DNA of 64,000 nucleotides from contig NC_069004.1 of NCBI RefSeq assembly GCF_001194135.2, positions 15,974,386 to 16,038,385 on the forward strand, given 5' to 3'. The notes under the pieces are model-generated. The model saw only the letters and a list, made by a program, of their open reading frames with translations, did no database searches and was not told where the DNA came from. The position numbers were made by a program, and so were the translations under genes. Position 1 is the stretch's first letter; every line of letters begins with the position of its first letter. This DNA is from Octopus bimaculoides (Eukaryota). Shown one piece after another: positions 62,141-64,000 of this stretch.

Positions 62141-63559
62141 ATGAGACAGAAATTTGACACGGTGGGGCATAGTTGTTTTGGAATTTGGGTGGATGAGGGA
62201 GAGTCTAAAATTTTGAGACTGGGATTTTTTCTTCAGTTGTATCCTAGTAGATAGTCACTGCCTCCTCCTTAGCTCTCCATACCTAGGGCCAATATAGTGG
62301 TTACCACCCCCACCCCTTTTTGTAGACCCTGTTTATGATAACCCAATCTTTTTTAAGGTATAATATATGTAGAATTACATTAGACAATCTGTCCTTTAAG
62401 ACAGTAGAGTGTGATTTGAGAGAGATTTGTCTACTATATTTAGCAAATCAAGTCATTGTGTAAATGCTTTCTCAACTAGAGAAAGTGAGAAAAAGAGTGA
62501 GAAAACAATTTTGGGGTTTGGGTGAGTTAAAGGTTGTTATGGAGATGGTGATAGCAGTATTACAACAGATCCTTCTTTTAATCTGTCTTCTCCCTGCACC
62601 ATTCCATTTCATTCCCTTCACTTCCACCCCCTACACCCACTCCCCTTTCATTCTCCCTCCATAAGGAGATCTCTTAATTGTGGTTAGGCAGGGAAAATTG
62701 AAAGATGTCATAAAATATTGGCTGACTTATCAAGATAAGCTGGTGGTGGTGGTGGTCGTCGTCGTCGTCGTCGTCGTGGCGGCGGCAGTAGTGGGGGGGT
62801 AGGTGGTTTATTGTAAATTTTTCTTGTTTATTTCAAATTACAATTCTTACAAAATGTTATTACTGTAGTGACTGTTTTTTTTTTTCTGTTGATTCTTCTT
62901 TTGTTGCTGTTGTGATTGGTATTGCATCTTGGGAGTGCTTCTTTTTCTTGTGTATGTTTTTTTTATTCTGTCTTCTCTTTTTCAAATTACAATATTGATT
63001 GTTACTATGGTTACTAACACTGTCACAGCAATGTCTGCGTCTGTTGTTGTTGCTGTTGTAACAGCAATACCTCACCTTCTGTACATGAGCTTGTCAACTG
63101 AACTGGACACTTTCAAATCAGTGACACATTCACCAATTAAATGGTGTTCTTGCTACCTATAATAATGAACTGTGCATCTGTCCCTGATGTTTGAATATAA
63201 ATGTGTGTGTGTGTGTATGTATGTGTGCATGTGTGGTTTTGCAAATATAATTTTGATCATCATCTTATGTTCACTTTCCCTGTTGGCTAGAGTTGGACAG
63301 TTTGATGACAGCTCAGAGAACTAAAACTTCCTCCAGTTACTCGGTTTTGGCTTGATTCCTACAGCCAGATGCCCTTCCTAACAACAACTACTTTACAAAG
63401 TGTACTAAATGTATTTTTTCATGGTACCAACACTATAGAAGTTTAGTCTTGACCTCAGCAAGACTAAAGCATCCTCTCAAGCCCTGTGTTGTCTCTGCTC
63501 AATTCACCTTCTACTAAAGTGTGTGTGTGTGTATACACACACACACAAACACATATATA

Positions 63560-64000
63560 TATCATCATCATCATCATCATCATACATCCATTTTCCATGC
63601 TGGCATGGTTTGGACAATTTGACCAGAGCTGGTAAGACCAGGGGCCACACCAGGCTCCATTGTCTGTTCTGACATGAGTGACATGAGTGAGAGGCCCTTT
63701 GTTACCAGCAGAGGTAGGAGCTCTCTGAACTTTGCCCAGCCTAATCTTATTCTAGCTGCTATGCTCTTAGAGCATCCACCCACCAGGTAACAGAAGCTGT
63801 CAACTACTTCTAGTTTTTCCCTCGAGCATGTGATGGAATCTGTTTTTTGTACATCGGTGTTTATTGCCCTTGTGCATCTGCCACACACAAAAATGTATCT
63901 TCCCAGTTAATTTTCCTTTGATATTGCTGCACCTCTTATGTGTCCATAGCTTACACCAGGTACATCTTATGGAGTTTCTACCTATGCCTTTTCTACAGAT
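63560..64000 (-). mobile_element. RTE-type LINE 3' end with (ATG)n tail
   Basis: CGRC...KLEVVDSFCYL..RIRLGWAKFRELLPLL, then catgccagcatggaaaatggatg(atg)n. Confidence 0.85.

Noticed and set aside
62860-63162. Low-complexity ORFs on both strands
   Set aside because: They derive from GTT/AAG-rich simple sequence and have no recognisable domain.

Overview
Repeat-dense animal genomic scaffold. It is AT-rich, microsatellite-rich and has about 11 N-gaps; the SINE and LINE families suggest a coleoid cephalopod, probably Octopus (inference). Two host genes sit head-to-head. One is an intronless-CDS kelch-repeat gene resembling KLHDC9 (minus, 38257-39237). The other is epsilon-tubulin TUBE1 (plus), recognised from two small exons the ORF track misses (43573-43597 MTQSVIIQ and 53318-53391 VGQCGNQIGRQFWDLALQEH). 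Between them, about 270 bp upstream of the TUBE1 ATG, is an RFX X-box/CRE/ETS motif cluster. The rest is mostly decayed mobile DNA: mariner, pogo/Tigger, hAT and other MITEs, Helitrons (one with a broken PIF1 helicase), R4/Dong, RTE and Penelope-like retroelements, tRNA-derived SINEs, and a CsRn1-type Gypsy element with nested insertions. The most striking item is a short retroposon with a Pol III B-box-like motif, an (AAT)n tract and a minimal hammerhead ribozyme. It inserted as an inverted pair with a 12-bp TSD into the Gypsy RT (18628-18979), and a third copy lies at 46258-46425. Two other hammerhead-like families appear as relics, and two unrelated RTE LINEs show twin-priming-type 5' inversions. 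All identities were estimated by eye and no database search was run.
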